Shown piece after piece: positions 35,837 through 46,158 of a stretch of 64,000 nt of DNA. The translations under genes were made by a program, and so were the position numbers. The notes under the pieces are model-generated. The model saw only the letters and a list, made by a program, of their open reading frames with translations, did no database searches and was not told the DNA's origin. Positions within the stretch are counted from its first letter, which is position 1, and each line of letters starts with the position of its first letter. This DNA is from a virus, in IMG/VR virus record IMGVR_UViG_3300013132_000025, positions 65,641-129,640 of that record. One strand, 5' to 3'.

Positions 35837-38800
35837 TTAAAGGAACTCTCCCCCAGAAAACGGTGGAGGTCCAACTTCTTCTGGCTCTGAATAGTTATTA
35901 ATTAAATATTTTATCGCATCGTGTTCGTTGGTAAAATTCTTATAATTAGATCCATTATCAGCCATCCAACCATCAGGGCCTTCCATAATTTCTCCGATAT
36001 CTTTTTTACCATCACCTACAAGCATTTTAACTGAAGAGAAATTCCCATGATTATGAATTTCAATTTTGTGGACTCCATCTTCGTCATGTACTAAAGTCTC
36101 CATAACATCATCTTCATCGTTCCACAATCCGGGTGATAGGCCATTGCTTTTTTTAGTTGAAGATGCTTTAGACCCACCCCAACCTTCAGGCTCATTAGTT
36201 TCATTATACACACCCAAAGATTGTACTGCCTGCTCGGGAGTCATACCCTCAGACATAAGTTTTTCTACTTCACCATCTATCATATCAAAGTTTAATGGAG
36301 TAGATTTCTTCTTAGCATTTTCCATTTGCTTAACCTTAGAGGCTGCCCAAGTGCGACCAGCATCTCCACCCCAAGCAAGCCATGCAACATCCCAAGGAGT
36401 AATCTCTCCTTGTTTTGCTTTTTGCGAACGGCCTCCAGCGTGGCGCTCAAAGAAAGAGTGCATACGCTTTACATGCTCAGGAGTCAATTCTTGACCTTCG
36501 GCAATTTTGTGAGCGCGGGTTAGAGTTGCAGATTCAAACCCATCTCCAGCCTTGCCTTCTGAGTGATATTTAATTCCTCGTCTAGCAGCACTACGAACAC
36601 CTTCTGGTGGAACCAAATTTACCGAATTGCTTGATCCGTGAACGCGATATGAATTCGGATAGTCAACCATATCTTTTATTTCTTTAGCAAAATTTTTTAA
36701 ATAAAGGCGATGGGCATAATCTTTTGCTTGTTGAAGAGAATCATCTCCTCTAAAAGTTTCTTGAATTTCTCCATCTAAGATTACTTGTGCCTTAGTACCT
36801 GCTGTATTTTTTTTAATTTCAATTCTGTCGTCATAATTTTCTTTTTGTGTTTTACGAGATTTTTTATTTTTAGAAGTTTCTTTTCTTGAAGATTCATAAG
36901 ATTGAATACCATCTTCTTCATATCCTAAATTTTTTGGAGAGATAGCCTCCTTGACAGAGGCACTAGATTTTTTTGAGTCACTGCCAAAGACTGGATCTTT
37001 TTTGTTTCTTTGCTGTTCTAATGCAAGATCAGAAGCAAACCTTTCGGCGTCGGTATGAGCAGTCTCTCCATGGAAATCTTTTATCTTTCGGGGTAGATAT
37101 CCAGAACGTATTTCAAGGACCATTGCCTTCATTCCATCTCCAGTTGACGCATGATAAAAATCGCCTATCTTCCCATTAACTTTCATTGCGGGTTCATCGA
37201 ATGTACTAGATTTTTTTGGAGCATTATCTTCTTGCTTAACACCCTTACCATCCATCTTAGAACGGTCGGCTTTGCCCTTATATTTATCTTTATTGTTTTC
37301 AGTACGTTCGTCATTATCAGAATATGGCGCTTCTCCACCGGGCTGAACAAATTCACGAACGGGGTCTCCGAAGTCGGTAAATTCTTGTGAATCTATTCCA
37401 ATAGCCTTTGAGGTTTCTTCAACATCAATATTACGGTATTTATCTTCTTCAGAACCACCGATTTCCTTATCAATATTTACATTATCTGGATCAGTAGCCG
37501 ATACTGGAAGTCCCGGTTCGTTCTGTTGAAGTTGAGCAAGTTCCCCAACCGCCTCAACAAGAATAGAAGCGGTCTTCTCTGGCATACCTTGAGCAACGTA
37601 AAAGTCTTCAAGAGCCTGAACACTTGCCCCGCGTAGATATTCATAACGGTGCTTACCTCTTGTTTTATACTCAGGCTCAGTCTCAAACATTTCTTGTCTC
37701 TTGCGAGCGTTTTCTTTCATCTTCTCTTCTGCTCTTGACTGATCTTCAATCATATCTTCATATTCACTTACGCCAGAAGGCGCTAAAAGTTCAACAGTTG
37801 GTTGCTCTTGCGCTTCTAGATCTTTTTGCATTCTTCTTGCTCTTGCGGGAAGTGGGTTTTTCTTACTAGACCAATCTGCTGCGCCCATTGGGTCAAACAA
37901 CTGATTGCGGTTCATAAACCCACGAAGCATCTCTCTCCATCCAGCGTTCTTCTGAATCCACTCTGGAACAAGATCTTCTGCGTTTTCTAGAATAAATGCA
38001 GCCTTCTTCTTTTCTCTGTCTGTATCACACTTTTCACAAGAACCGGGAGAGCAAGGCTTGGTTCCGGGAACGCGCTTATAGCCTTCCCAACAATTGCAGT
38101 CTTTAGATTCTCTTACTGAAGATTCTTTCCTCTCTTCTTCTTCATCTTCGTGTTCTTTTTCTTCTTCTGTTTGCAGAGGCAAGCGATTTTTGTAATAAGA
38201 TTCAGACTTTTCGTATTCTTCCGATTCCTCTGATTTAATATTACGGTCTTTATCTTCTTCCTGCTTGGTTCTGTACTCTTTAGTCCAAGGCTTATCCCAC
38301 TCTGCTTTTTTATTAGAAGATTCTCTTATGTCCGAATCCAAACCAAATTCTTGGCTTTCTAAGATATCTGAAAATTGATAGGAATTTTTAATTAGAAATT
38401 CTAAGGCTGCTTCTTGATTGTTAAAACGTTGGCCTTGTCCCATTTCTGGTTGTGCATAAAAACCTCTTCCGCGAGGGTCTTGATTAAGTTCCCCAATTGG
38501 TTCGCTACTTCCATCTAATTCAATAGTAACAGTTTCATTATCCCAAATAGTTACATCAACAGGAATACCGTCAACATTAATAGTTTCTGGATAACCACCC
38601 ATATTTTCTGCCTTTTTTACAGCAGCCTCTTTTAAATGAGTTACTGTTGCTTCATAAATAGTTTCAGAAGGAATGTCATATTCTGCGGCATATTTATCCG
38701 CAACTAAGCGAATGTCATCAGAAAGAAAGTCAACTCTTTCTGGGTTTCTAGTAACAAAACTTTCAAAACGTTTTTCACATTCCAATTGTGAGGCCATGAT

Positions 38801-38884
38801 TGCCTTTGTTGGATTAACTCTTTCGGCCTCTTCCCTCATATTGACGTCTAGGCTCTCAAACATATCGCTCATTATAGTAACCAT
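35837..38884 (-). CDS. Large modular head-associated protein
   Basis: Modules CNCWEGYKRVPG..CEKC and PPEGVRSAARRG..VKRMHSFFERH..AWLAWGGDAG, both typical of phage head proteins; many K-x-[AS] linkers. Confidence 0.65.
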   Translation of the reverse strand: MVTIMSDMFESLDVNMREEAERVNPTKAIMASQLECEKRFESFVTRNPERVDFLSDDIRLVADKYAAEYDIPSETIYEATVTHLKEAAVKKAENMGGYPETINVDGIPVDVTIWDNETVTIELDGSSEPIGELNQDPRGRGFYAQPEMGQGQRFNNQEAALEFLIKNSYQFSDILESQEFGLDSDIRESSNKKAEWDKPWTKEYRTKQEEDKDRNIKSEESEEYEKSESYYKNRLPLQTEEEKEHEDEEEERKESSVRESKDCNCWEGYKRVPGTKPCSPGSCEKCDTDREKKKAAFILENAEDLVPEWIQKNAGWREMLRGFMNRNQLFDPMGAADWSSKKNPLPARARRMQKDLEAQEQPTVELLAPSGVSEYEDMIEDQSRAEEKMKENARKRQEMFETEPEYKTRGKHRYEYLRGASVQALEDFYVAQGMPEKTASILVEAVGELAQLQQNEPGLPVSATDPDNVNIDKEIGGSEEDKYRNIDVEETSKAIGIDSQEFTDFGDPVREFVQPGGEAPYSDNDERTENNKDKYKGKADRSKMDGKGVKQEDNAPKKSSTFDEPAMKVNGKIGDFYHASTGDGMKAMVLEIRSGYLPRKIKDFHGETAHTDAERFASDLALEQQRNKKDPVFGSDSKKSSASVKEAISPKNLGYEEDGIQSYESSRKETSKNKKSRKTQKENYDDRIEIKKNTAGTKAQVILDGEIQETFRGDDSLQQAKDYAHRLYLKNFAKEIKDMVDYPNSYRVHGSSNSVNLVPPEGVRSAARRGIKYHSEGKAGDGFESATLTRAHKIAEGQELTPEHVKRMHSFFERHAGGRSQKAKQGEITPWDVAWLAWGGDAGRTWAASKVKQMENAKKKSTPLNFDMIDGEVEKLMSEGMTPEQAVQSLGVYNETNEPEGWGGSKASSTKKSNGLSPGLWNDEDDVMETLVHDEDGVHKIEIHNHGNFSSVKMLVGDGKKDIGEIMEGPDGWMADNGSNYKNFTNEHDAIKYLINNYSEPEEVGPPPFSGGEFL

Positions 38885-41800
38885 CCTTCATCTGAATTAT
38901 CTTCTTTAGTTTTAGCAGTACGCCACTTGTCTTCCCACATATCTTCTGTGAAAGATTTTTTATTTGATGCATTACTTCCTCGTAATCCTCGGAGTCCTTG
39001 TAAAAGAGATTCCCCAAGCATATCTCCAACACGGCCAGCCCCTTGATTCATTTGTAACTGCTGCCCAAGAGGAGATTCTTCAATAGTAGAACTTGCATAA
39101 TCAAGAATATCTGTTGTATCTCCATGTGTGTTGAATCTAGAATTTATATTAAGATTGTCTAGAACATATTCCCAAAAATCGTGTTCTATTTGATTTTTAA
39201 TATCAATTTCGGAATAGTTATTTAATTTAGTTCCGTACAAGTCTTCATTATTTTTAACTGCTTCTAATCCTTGTTGAATTAGTTGATTTAAATAATTATC
39301 AGCATCAACCCTCTCTTCTAGAGAAAGACCGCCTAAACCCGGCCAGTCGGGGAGATTTTCATACACAGAAGTTCTCATTTGAGCAACAAAAGAGCGGCGC
39401 ACTTTTTCTACATTCGCAAGGAAATCATTTGCGACTTCAAGTGCCTTCTCTGAAGAAAGCATTGATACCTTGGGTGAAATGTAAGTTGTTGCTAATCTTG
39501 CAACTTCTTGTGCATCACCAATAAGATTAGGAGAAACCTCTGAAACAAATTCAACGGAGGCAATGCGAGCGAATTCATTCCAATTAGTTGCTTCTAGTTC
39601 TTCTTCCATTTCAGCCGCGATAAGGAAGATTGATTCTCCACCACCGGGGCCAAAGTCATATCCACCAGCCGCTTCTTTGCCAAACTCATACTTAGGTAGG
39701 CTGTTTACATACTCATCTTCTCCAACGAAATCTGCGCTAGCGAGGCGTGTCTGACAAAAAGTAATTTCGTTAGCAAGAGCGACCTTAGCCTCTCCAAGAA
39801 GCCCCATCTCACCAACATCTTTTGTTGTTGAAATTCGGTTGTGTACTTCTCTTTGTAGTTGTGTCGCAGCCTTGATTCTTTCTGAATATGTGTTACGATA
39901 ATCTTCAGGCAGAGCATCAAGAGCGTCATACCAATCACCGCTAAGGTGAGCAGCAATCTTATCTAGAAGTTCATCCCTAGTAGATGCCAATTTATCTTGT
40001 TGTACTTTTTCAAGATCTTCAATTGGGAATTCATATTCCCCACCATTTTCTAATTGCACACTTGCCATTTTGCCATAGAGAGTGTCCCAAATTCCTGTTA
40101 CCTCTCCTGTGTTACCACTGGCTCTGACAATAGTGCCGGGACTGATCGCAGGATCGTCCTCTAGTTCTAGATTCTCAGCCACTTGATTTGCCTCCTCCTC
40201 GCTAGCGCCTTCATTTTGCAGAATCTGTACTAAGTCAGTTTTAGTCATCTGTGGATCGTTGGAAACAAAATCTTGACCTCTGCTTCCCCAATATCCAACA
40301 TCTTGATCAGAACCCATCTCTGGAGCCTGACCAGAATCTTGTCCTTCTGTAAAGTATTGTCCATCCTCAGTATCGTCTGGACCACCAATGAAGCCACCAC
40401 CTGTGGCATCAAAATCATTTGGGCCGGGGGCACCTTCTAGAGAATCATTGATTCCACCGGGGCCTTCTTCGTCGCCCATTCCGGCACTATATGGGAAATC
40501 TCCACTTGGACCCATATCTAAATCTTCTGGGGCATCACTCTCTGGGCCAACGCCAGAGAGGTCAGCAGCGGGATATCCTTCTTCACCTTGATCTGGGGCA
40601 CCCTGCTCTCTTGGCAAGGATGCTGCGTGGGCTTCTTCATCAGAAGCACCGGCACGCTTTAATTCTTTAATAATTTGATCTTGTGAAATTCCCTTATCTT
40701 GCAAGGTAAGTCCGAGTTCTCTCCATGAAAGTTCTACTGAATTTTTTTCAATTGAAGATGTAAGAGCAAATTGTTTAGGAACTAGAGAAAAATCAGGATT
40801 ATCCCAAAGATAGGGTTTTCTATCTTTTCTATATGCGGGATGATTTTTATATATTGGGGCCACGGTTAGTTTTCTTTTCTTTTTACCTAATGCATATTCG
40901 TAAAGGCGATCATATTCTTGTTCGCCCCTTTCTTCTCCCAAAGTTTCTATTAATCTATCTCTTATTTTTTCTTTCAACTCTTCTAGCCAATCTTGCCAAG
41001 CGGGATTATGCATATTTCTAACATATTGAAATTCATCTATTGCTCTTTTTATATCTCCAAGGCCTAACGCATTAGCCGTGGCTCTTACGGGAGCAAAGTT
41101 GGGAGGTAGATTTCTAGCAAAAGCATTAGCAGGAGAATGAAAAGGTAGTACAATGTGTTCTTTATATACACCTTCTCTTCCACCATATTCCTGCCACTCA
41201 GTATCTGGGTTAAACCACGTTTTATTTAACTCATCTTCAAAATCTTTTACTTTTTCTCCAGTTTCAGGAATAGTTTCCGGTTCTTCCAAAACTTTTTCCG
41301 CTTTTGAATTCTCTTTATTTTTTTTAGGTTTATCGTAAAAATCATCTTCAATAACGACTCTTCTTAAGGCTGAAGTTTTGCTACCAAATAATTCGTTAAT
41401 TAATTGTTGAATTGATTGAGGGGAAACATTATATTTTTCTAGCATAGTTCTAATAAAAGAAGAATCTATTTGATCACGATCAGATTCTGCGTGATCTACT
41501 AGTTCTTGTAGTGCTTGAGGGGGTACATCATCGTATTTATATCCGGGATCGGCATAATCCGCAAAGGCGTCGTCATCACCCTCTGGAATATCGGTATGTT
41601 GTGTTATTGACTGAGAACCTTCATCTGTATTAAGCATATCAATAGCATTCGAGGCATCTTCTCTTGTATATCCCATCTCCAACAAAGCATCAAGAATCTG
41701 ACCAAGATCAATGTTTGCACTAAACATAACCTTAGCCGCTTGGAGAGCATTAACTCCAGAAGACTTTAGATAAGATACTTCAGAACCATCCTGAAATACC

Positions 41801-41964
41801 ATCATTACTGCCATTTTTGCTGTTTTTGGGTCAAAACCCATTTGAGTAAGTTCTCTAACAATATTGCCGATATTGCTGTATTTTACATCTGGTCTCTGCT
41901 TAACCAGAGTAAGAGCAGCAGAGAGGTCGGTTTTTGCCATAAGATTATCCTTTAGTAAATGCAT
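38872..41964 (-). CDS. Large acidic head-associated/scaffold-like protein
   Basis: 1030 aa between TerL and portal; repeated LxxxGxxxxxA helical units; K/R-x-[AS] linkers. Confidence 0.55.
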   Translation of the reverse strand: MHLLKDNLMAKTDLSAALTLVKQRPDVKYSNIGNIVRELTQMGFDPKTAKMAVMMVFQDGSEVSYLKSSGVNALQAAKVMFSANIDLGQILDALLEMGYTREDASNAIDMLNTDEGSQSITQHTDIPEGDDDAFADYADPGYKYDDVPPQALQELVDHAESDRDQIDSSFIRTMLEKYNVSPQSIQQLINELFGSKTSALRRVVIEDDFYDKPKKNKENSKAEKVLEEPETIPETGEKVKDFEDELNKTWFNPDTEWQEYGGREGVYKEHIVLPFHSPANAFARNLPPNFAPVRATANALGLGDIKRAIDEFQYVRNMHNPAWQDWLEELKEKIRDRLIETLGEERGEQEYDRLYEYALGKKKRKLTVAPIYKNHPAYRKDRKPYLWDNPDFSLVPKQFALTSSIEKNSVELSWRELGLTLQDKGISQDQIIKELKRAGASDEEAHAASLPREQGAPDQGEEGYPAADLSGVGPESDAPEDLDMGPSGDFPYSAGMGDEEGPGGINDSLEGAPGPNDFDATGGGFIGGPDDTEDGQYFTEGQDSGQAPEMGSDQDVGYWGSRGQDFVSNDPQMTKTDLVQILQNEGASEEEANQVAENLELEDDPAISPGTIVRASGNTGEVTGIWDTLYGKMASVQLENGGEYEFPIEDLEKVQQDKLASTRDELLDKIAAHLSGDWYDALDALPEDYRNTYSERIKAATQLQREVHNRISTTKDVGEMGLLGEAKVALANEITFCQTRLASADFVGEDEYVNSLPKYEFGKEAAGGYDFGPGGGESIFLIAAEMEEELEATNWNEFARIASVEFVSEVSPNLIGDAQEVARLATTYISPKVSMLSSEKALEVANDFLANVEKVRRSFVAQMRTSVYENLPDWPGLGGLSLEERVDADNYLNQLIQQGLEAVKNNEDLYGTKLNNYSEIDIKNQIEHDFWEYVLDNLNINSRFNTHGDTTDILDYASSTIEESPLGQQLQMNQGAGRVGDMLGESLLQGLRGLRGSNASNKKSFTEDMWEDKWRTAKTKEDNSDEGWLL

Positions 41965-41974
41965 TTACTACCAA

Positions 41975-43906
41975 TTATAGGGTCGGGCGGCGGGTTTTAT
42001 TATAAGTATATTGCTTTGGAACTCTTTTTGCACTACGAACACGCATCGGTTCTGGGCGTTTGTCATAAAAATGCGAAAAAGATTCTGGAGTTTCTCCCTT
42101 GGGGCGCCGACCATATCCTCCGGGCGCACCCATTGTCAAACCGTCAGAATATGGCTCTAATTGGACAAAATCCCCCACAAGAGAGTCCACGACTTCCATA
42201 ATACAGTCTGCAATATCCTTTGTCGTAACCGGGCCAACCTGCTGTTTTACCACGCGATTGCCCTTTTGCTGAAGAAACTTGAGTTCATTTTTGGCTAATT
42301 CAAGTAACGGGAAATCAGCAGGAGCATGAACTAATCCTAGATTTAATGCAGTTTTAAACCTATCTGCTCGGGCAAAGTTAAGTTTTTCAGTTGCAGTAAC
42401 CTCTCTGATCATTGTTTCTCCAGCGCCTTTTCTTCGACTTTCCTTTCTCAGCCATTGGATAAGACCTTTTGATTGAAACTGGTCGAAAGTAAACTCTTTT
42501 GGCCTAAAAAGAAGAATCTTTTCTAAAATTTCGTCCTGAACATCAAGGTAGTTAATAGTATGATCCGGGAAGTCAGAAGGAATCCATGCGTGAATACGAT
42601 CAAAAATTACATGAGGAATTTCTCTACCTTGACTATCTTCGTGATATTCTACATGGCCCATGGCTAGACCAAAGTTAGCAGTCGTTGTTGAGGGGTCGCA
42701 ATGTCCCTTAAATACCACTCCGGGGCCATAACCGGCACGGTCCCTTGTTGTTTTAAGAATGCGACCATTCCAAGGCTTAAACATATCGTCAACCTTGTTT
42801 GGGTCCAAGAAGCCGTCAACAACTTCAGCAAACTTAGAACGACGCTCTACAGAAAACTTCTCTGGATTACGTTCTTCTTCCAAGGCCATTGCTTCGTCTA
42901 ATCTTGGAGAAAGCACGATAGCGTTTTTAAACCTTCGTTCTGGGTCTTTTTCCCAATCTTTATACAATTCCCAAGAGGGGAATTGAAAGCCCATCATTCG
43001 ATAGTCAAGAATCTCGCTTGAAAGTTGCTCTTGATCTGGTATAATATCCATTGCAACAAGGTAATTGTTATAAAACTTTCCTACCTTGGTATATGGAGAT
43101 GAGTTTTCAAAGATAAGAGCATCCTCTTTAAACTGGTCAAGAGCGGGGCGAGCGGCTTCTAGGATCTCATCTGCGCTAGATTTACTGTTTACCCCCTCCA
43201 TCATGTGAGCCATCTCGTCCATGATTAGAACCATCGTTGCCTCTCCACGAACGGTGGCAGCATTAGCAGCAGAAGGCTTAATGCGAATAGAGGCTAAGTC
43301 TCTTTCAGACTTGAATGCACTTCCGACTTTAAGTTTGTTTGCCTTCTCAATATCTGCTGGAGTCATTAGACTGATTTCTTTTTCAAGAAACTTTGACCAA
43401 TATGGTTTAAATGCTTCACATGACGTTACGGCACCATTAATATCTGCAAATTGATAGCGCTTTGCTTGATCTTCTGAAGCAGCAATTGCTGTCACCCAGA
43501 TTGCTTTGTCACGGTCAATACCATACTTGTCTTGTGGGTTCCCCATGTTGATAAGATCATAAATTTTTTTAGCAACAGCAATGCCAGTTATGTGGCCTTT
43601 TGAAGAACGACGACCTCCGATCAACATTACTTCTTTAAAGTGCTGATAGCCTTTGTCTCTCAACAACTGGATTCTTTCACGAATCTTTGGCGAAAGCATA
43701 ACCTCACCGGATTTGTTGTGAATCCACTCATCTAGAACATCCTCTTCATAGCCTGTCAACTCTTCAAGGAAGATAAGTTTGAGCAGGAGTCTTTGACGCG
43801 GGTATAGGGGTTTATTACAGAAATCGCTTGACTCTGCAAATTCCACAATTGAAATATTTTTATCTCTAAGATTATTTGTAAAAAAATCTAGAAGATCAGT
43901 CCCCAT
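41975..43906 (-). CDS. terL: Terminase large subunit
   Basis: LYPRQ, GGRRSSKG (Walker A), LIMDEMAH (Walker B), nuclease HCDPS..FDQFQS..KDIADC. Confidence 0.9.
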   Translation of the reverse strand: MGTDLLDFFTNNLRDKNISIVEFAESSDFCNKPLYPRQRLLLKLIFLEELTGYEEDVLDEWIHNKSGEVMLSPKIRERIQLLRDKGYQHFKEVMLIGGRRSSKGHITGIAVAKKIYDLINMGNPQDKYGIDRDKAIWVTAIAASEDQAKRYQFADINGAVTSCEAFKPYWSKFLEKEISLMTPADIEKANKLKVGSAFKSERDLASIRIKPSAANAATVRGEATMVLIMDEMAHMMEGVNSKSSADEILEAARPALDQFKEDALIFENSSPYTKVGKFYNNYLVAMDIIPDQEQLSSEILDYRMMGFQFPSWELYKDWEKDPERRFKNAIVLSPRLDEAMALEEERNPEKFSVERRSKFAEVVDGFLDPNKVDDMFKPWNGRILKTTRDRAGYGPGVVFKGHCDPSTTTANFGLAMGHVEYHEDSQGREIPHVIFDRIHAWIPSDFPDHTINYLDVQDEILEKILLFRPKEFTFDQFQSKGLIQWLRKESRRKGAGETMIREVTATEKLNFARADRFKTALNLGLVHAPADFPLLELAKNELKFLQQKGNRVVKQQVGPVTTKDIADCIMEVVDSLVGDFVQLEPYSDGLTMGAPGGYGRRPKGETPESFSHFYDKRPEPMRVRSAKRVPKQYTYNKTRRPTL

Positions 43907-44232
43907 TATTCAATTTCCTCAATATCCTCATTCAATTCTCTAGCCTTCTTAACTTCATACTGCTTCTTCTCATGGTCGAAGCCAGAGATAGCATCTACAC
44001 GATCAATGATGGTAACAACCAGTTCCGGCAATTCTGTCTCTCCGTTGATTTGCCAGTCGGCATCGGCTTCAAACCCATTATCATATAAACGACCTTCTAA
44101 CTCTGCAATCATATTCCACATCGTATCAAAGTCACCTTTTGCGTCTTTATACTTGTACTCAATGCGGCCAACAACCTCTTTTATTTTTATAATTTCTTCA
44201 TCATATAGATTGATCTGACTGTTCTCCATCAT
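43906..44232 (-). CDS. Hypothetical protein
   Basis: 108 aa coupled to terL. Confidence 0.65.
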   Translation of the reverse strand: MMENSQINLYDEEIIKIKEVVGRIEYKYKDAKGDFDTMWNMIAELEGRLYDNGFEADADWQINGETELPELVVTIIDRVDAISGFDHEKKQYEVKKARELNEDIEEIE

Positions 44233-44242
44233 AACCGCCTTT

Positions 44243-44947
44243 CTATTCGTCTATTGTTACAATCTCTGCGTAGTCACCAAGGTCTGCGGGGGACTCTGGC
44301 TCCCCGGCTGTTGCTTTTAACCCAGACTCTAGGCTTAACGCTTCTCCCTGTGCAATCTCCTTAGCACGCGCCGCAATCTCTGCGTGCAAATCAGGCGGAA
44401 CAATTTCTCTAATGGCTTGAACCATAGATTTTACCTGAAGCATCATTTTTTCTTCCAGAACTGAGTAGCCACCGCTCATTAGTTCTTCACGCAATTCAAT
44501 TGCTTTAATAATATCTTTTGGATCAAGATTAAGATCTTCATAGATCAGTTGATCCCATCCTTTTTGGATAAATACATCTAGGTACGCCTTACCAGATATG
44601 ATTCTAATTTCATTCTCAGCGTTAGCCTTCTCGTACTCTTCTGCGTGCTTATCAATAATTGCACGATACGCTGACTTCTCCAGATTAAGGTGAGATTCCT
44701 TATGCCTTTGGACAGAACGATAACTAATGTCCTCTCCCGCGTTTTGCAAAGACTCAGCAATCTTGCGAACACTAAACCCACGAATGAGCATCATATCTAC
44801 ATTAGGACGCCATTTAGATTGGCATACTTTGCAACGACTAGAAGAAACAACCTCAAATAGATCATTATCACCAGCAGCGGGGAGTCTATTTGACTTCTCC
44901 TTCTTCTTTCCATTATCTTTTTCTGGCTGTTCTGGCAACTTAGGCAT
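44243..44947 (-). CDS. Probable terminase small subunit
   Basis: CKVC + HTH (GFSVRKIA..ISYRSVQRHKESH), helical body, two genes upstream of terL. Confidence 0.55.
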   Translation of the reverse strand: MPKLPEQPEKDNGKKKEKSNRLPAAGDNDLFEVVSSSRCKVCQSKWRPNVDMMLIRGFSVRKIAESLQNAGEDISYRSVQRHKESHLNLEKSAYRAIIDKHAEEYEKANAENEIRIISGKAYLDVFIQKGWDQLIYEDLNLDPKDIIKAIELREELMSGGYSVLEEKMMLQVKSMVQAIREIVPPDLHAEIAARAKEIAQGEALSLESGLKATAGEPESPADLGDYAEIVTIDE

Positions 44948-44955
44948 CTATTTCC

Positions 44956-45315
44956 TTACCTGTAGAAACTTGCGCCGTTAATCTTGCGCTGATATTCACT
45001 ATTCACTTTACGCCCATCTGGGTGAGTCCTATTGTAATACCCCTGTTGAATAGAGGGGTCGGGAATTCCAACTTTAGTATAAATTTCTCTTTTATACCGA
45101 GTTCTCATATGTTCTTTAAATAGAATAGGGTTCTTGTGATGAATTCTATTACCGGCACGAACATCGGCTTTTAAAATCATATCCGTAATGTAATCTAACT
45201 GAGCGGGAGTTAAGTCTGGATCATTAATATCAAACTCATAAAACTCCTCTTCCATTGTTAGATCTTCATATTTGTTATTTATCTCTTTGCTCATTCTCAT
45301 CTCCAAAATAAACAT
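44956..45315 (-). CDS. Hypothetical protein
   Basis: ~115 aa. Confidence 0.6.
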   Translation of the reverse strand: MFILEMRMSKEINNKYEDLTMEEEFYEFDINDPDLTPAQLDYITDMILKADVRAGNRIHHKNPILFKEHMRTRYKREIYTKVGIPDPSIQQGYYNRTHPDGRKVNSEYQRKINGASFYR

Positions 45316-45625
45316 CTGCTAACTGACGAGATGCGCTCTCAACGTACTGACCGACAGAAACTGTTGTAATCCCCATAATTTCAGCAACATCTTTTTGTTT
45401 TTTATCTAAGATGACATTTAGATAAAATGCCTCTTTCTTCCGTGGGCTTAAGTCTTCAAGGCCCACTCCAAGATCGTGAAAAGAAATAGTAAGGCCGCGA
45501 TGTGTTATTGCGTGTTTTCCTGTAGCACGAACATATTCTTGAAACTGCATATAGTTTCTATATAACTCACGCATAACTTTGTGCTTTTGAAGAGTTTCGG
45601 CCTCTTTCTTTTTCTTCTTGGGCAT
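45275..45625 (-). CDS. Sigma-70 region 4 HTH protein
   Basis: LSPRKKEAFYL..KKQKDVAEIMGITTVSVGQYVESA. Confidence 0.75.
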   Translation of the reverse strand: MPKKKKKEAETLQKHKVMRELYRNYMQFQEYVRATGKHAITHRGLTISFHDLGVGLEDLSPRKKEAFYLNVILDKKQKDVAEIMGITTVSVGQYVESASRQLADVYFGDENEQRDK

Positions 45626-46158
45626 TACTCCTCTTCCTTGACATAATGAAGTTCTGGGAAATAACTCATACCTATTGCAATAGCGTCGGTTTCGTCAAAA
45701 GGTATATCACTTAACTTCCGTTCTTGCTGAATTTCAGGGTATTCTGCAAGAACAGCCCTACGAATAACGGCTTTGCTGGCAGACGAATCTCCCACAATCA
45801 TAGTCTTAACAGATCGTGCTGATATGTCTTTCCACTCTATTTCATCTTCATATGCCATGATCTTACACACAGCAATAACTGAGATAACAAGCGGTAATTG
45901 GGGAGATATCCCAAAGTTCCCTTTGTTAGAAATAGGAGGGATAATCTCAGCAATAATGTGAGTAACCTTAAAATCTTCAACTAATTGGTCAAACCAGTGA
46001 TACATATCATACAGACCAGTATTTAGATATGCCTGATACTTCTCATCTTTTCCGCGCTCTCTTGGCGATCTTACTTCGTGAGTAATTAACTCGGCATTTT
46101 CATCAAAGATTGCATATCCAAATCTTTTGAAGCCGGGATCAATTGCTAGTAACCTCAT
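45625..46158 (-). CDS. ruvC: Holliday junction resolvase RuvC
   Basis: LLAIDPG..GYA, IIAE, SVKTMIVG..ASK, DETDAIAIG. Confidence 0.85.
   Translation of the reverse strand: MRLLAIDPGFKRFGYAIFDENAELITHEVRSPRERGKDEKYQAYLNTGLYDMYHWFDQLVEDFKVTHIIAEIIPPISNKGNFGISPQLPLVISVIAVCKIMAYEDEIEWKDISARSVKTMIVGDSSASKAVIRRAVLAEYPEIQQERKLSDIPFDETDAIAIGMSYFPELHYVKEEE

Noticed and set aside
35837-41964. Major capsid protein or prohead protease call
   Set aside because: No HK97-fold or protease motifs were recognisable; these genes are probably outside the window.
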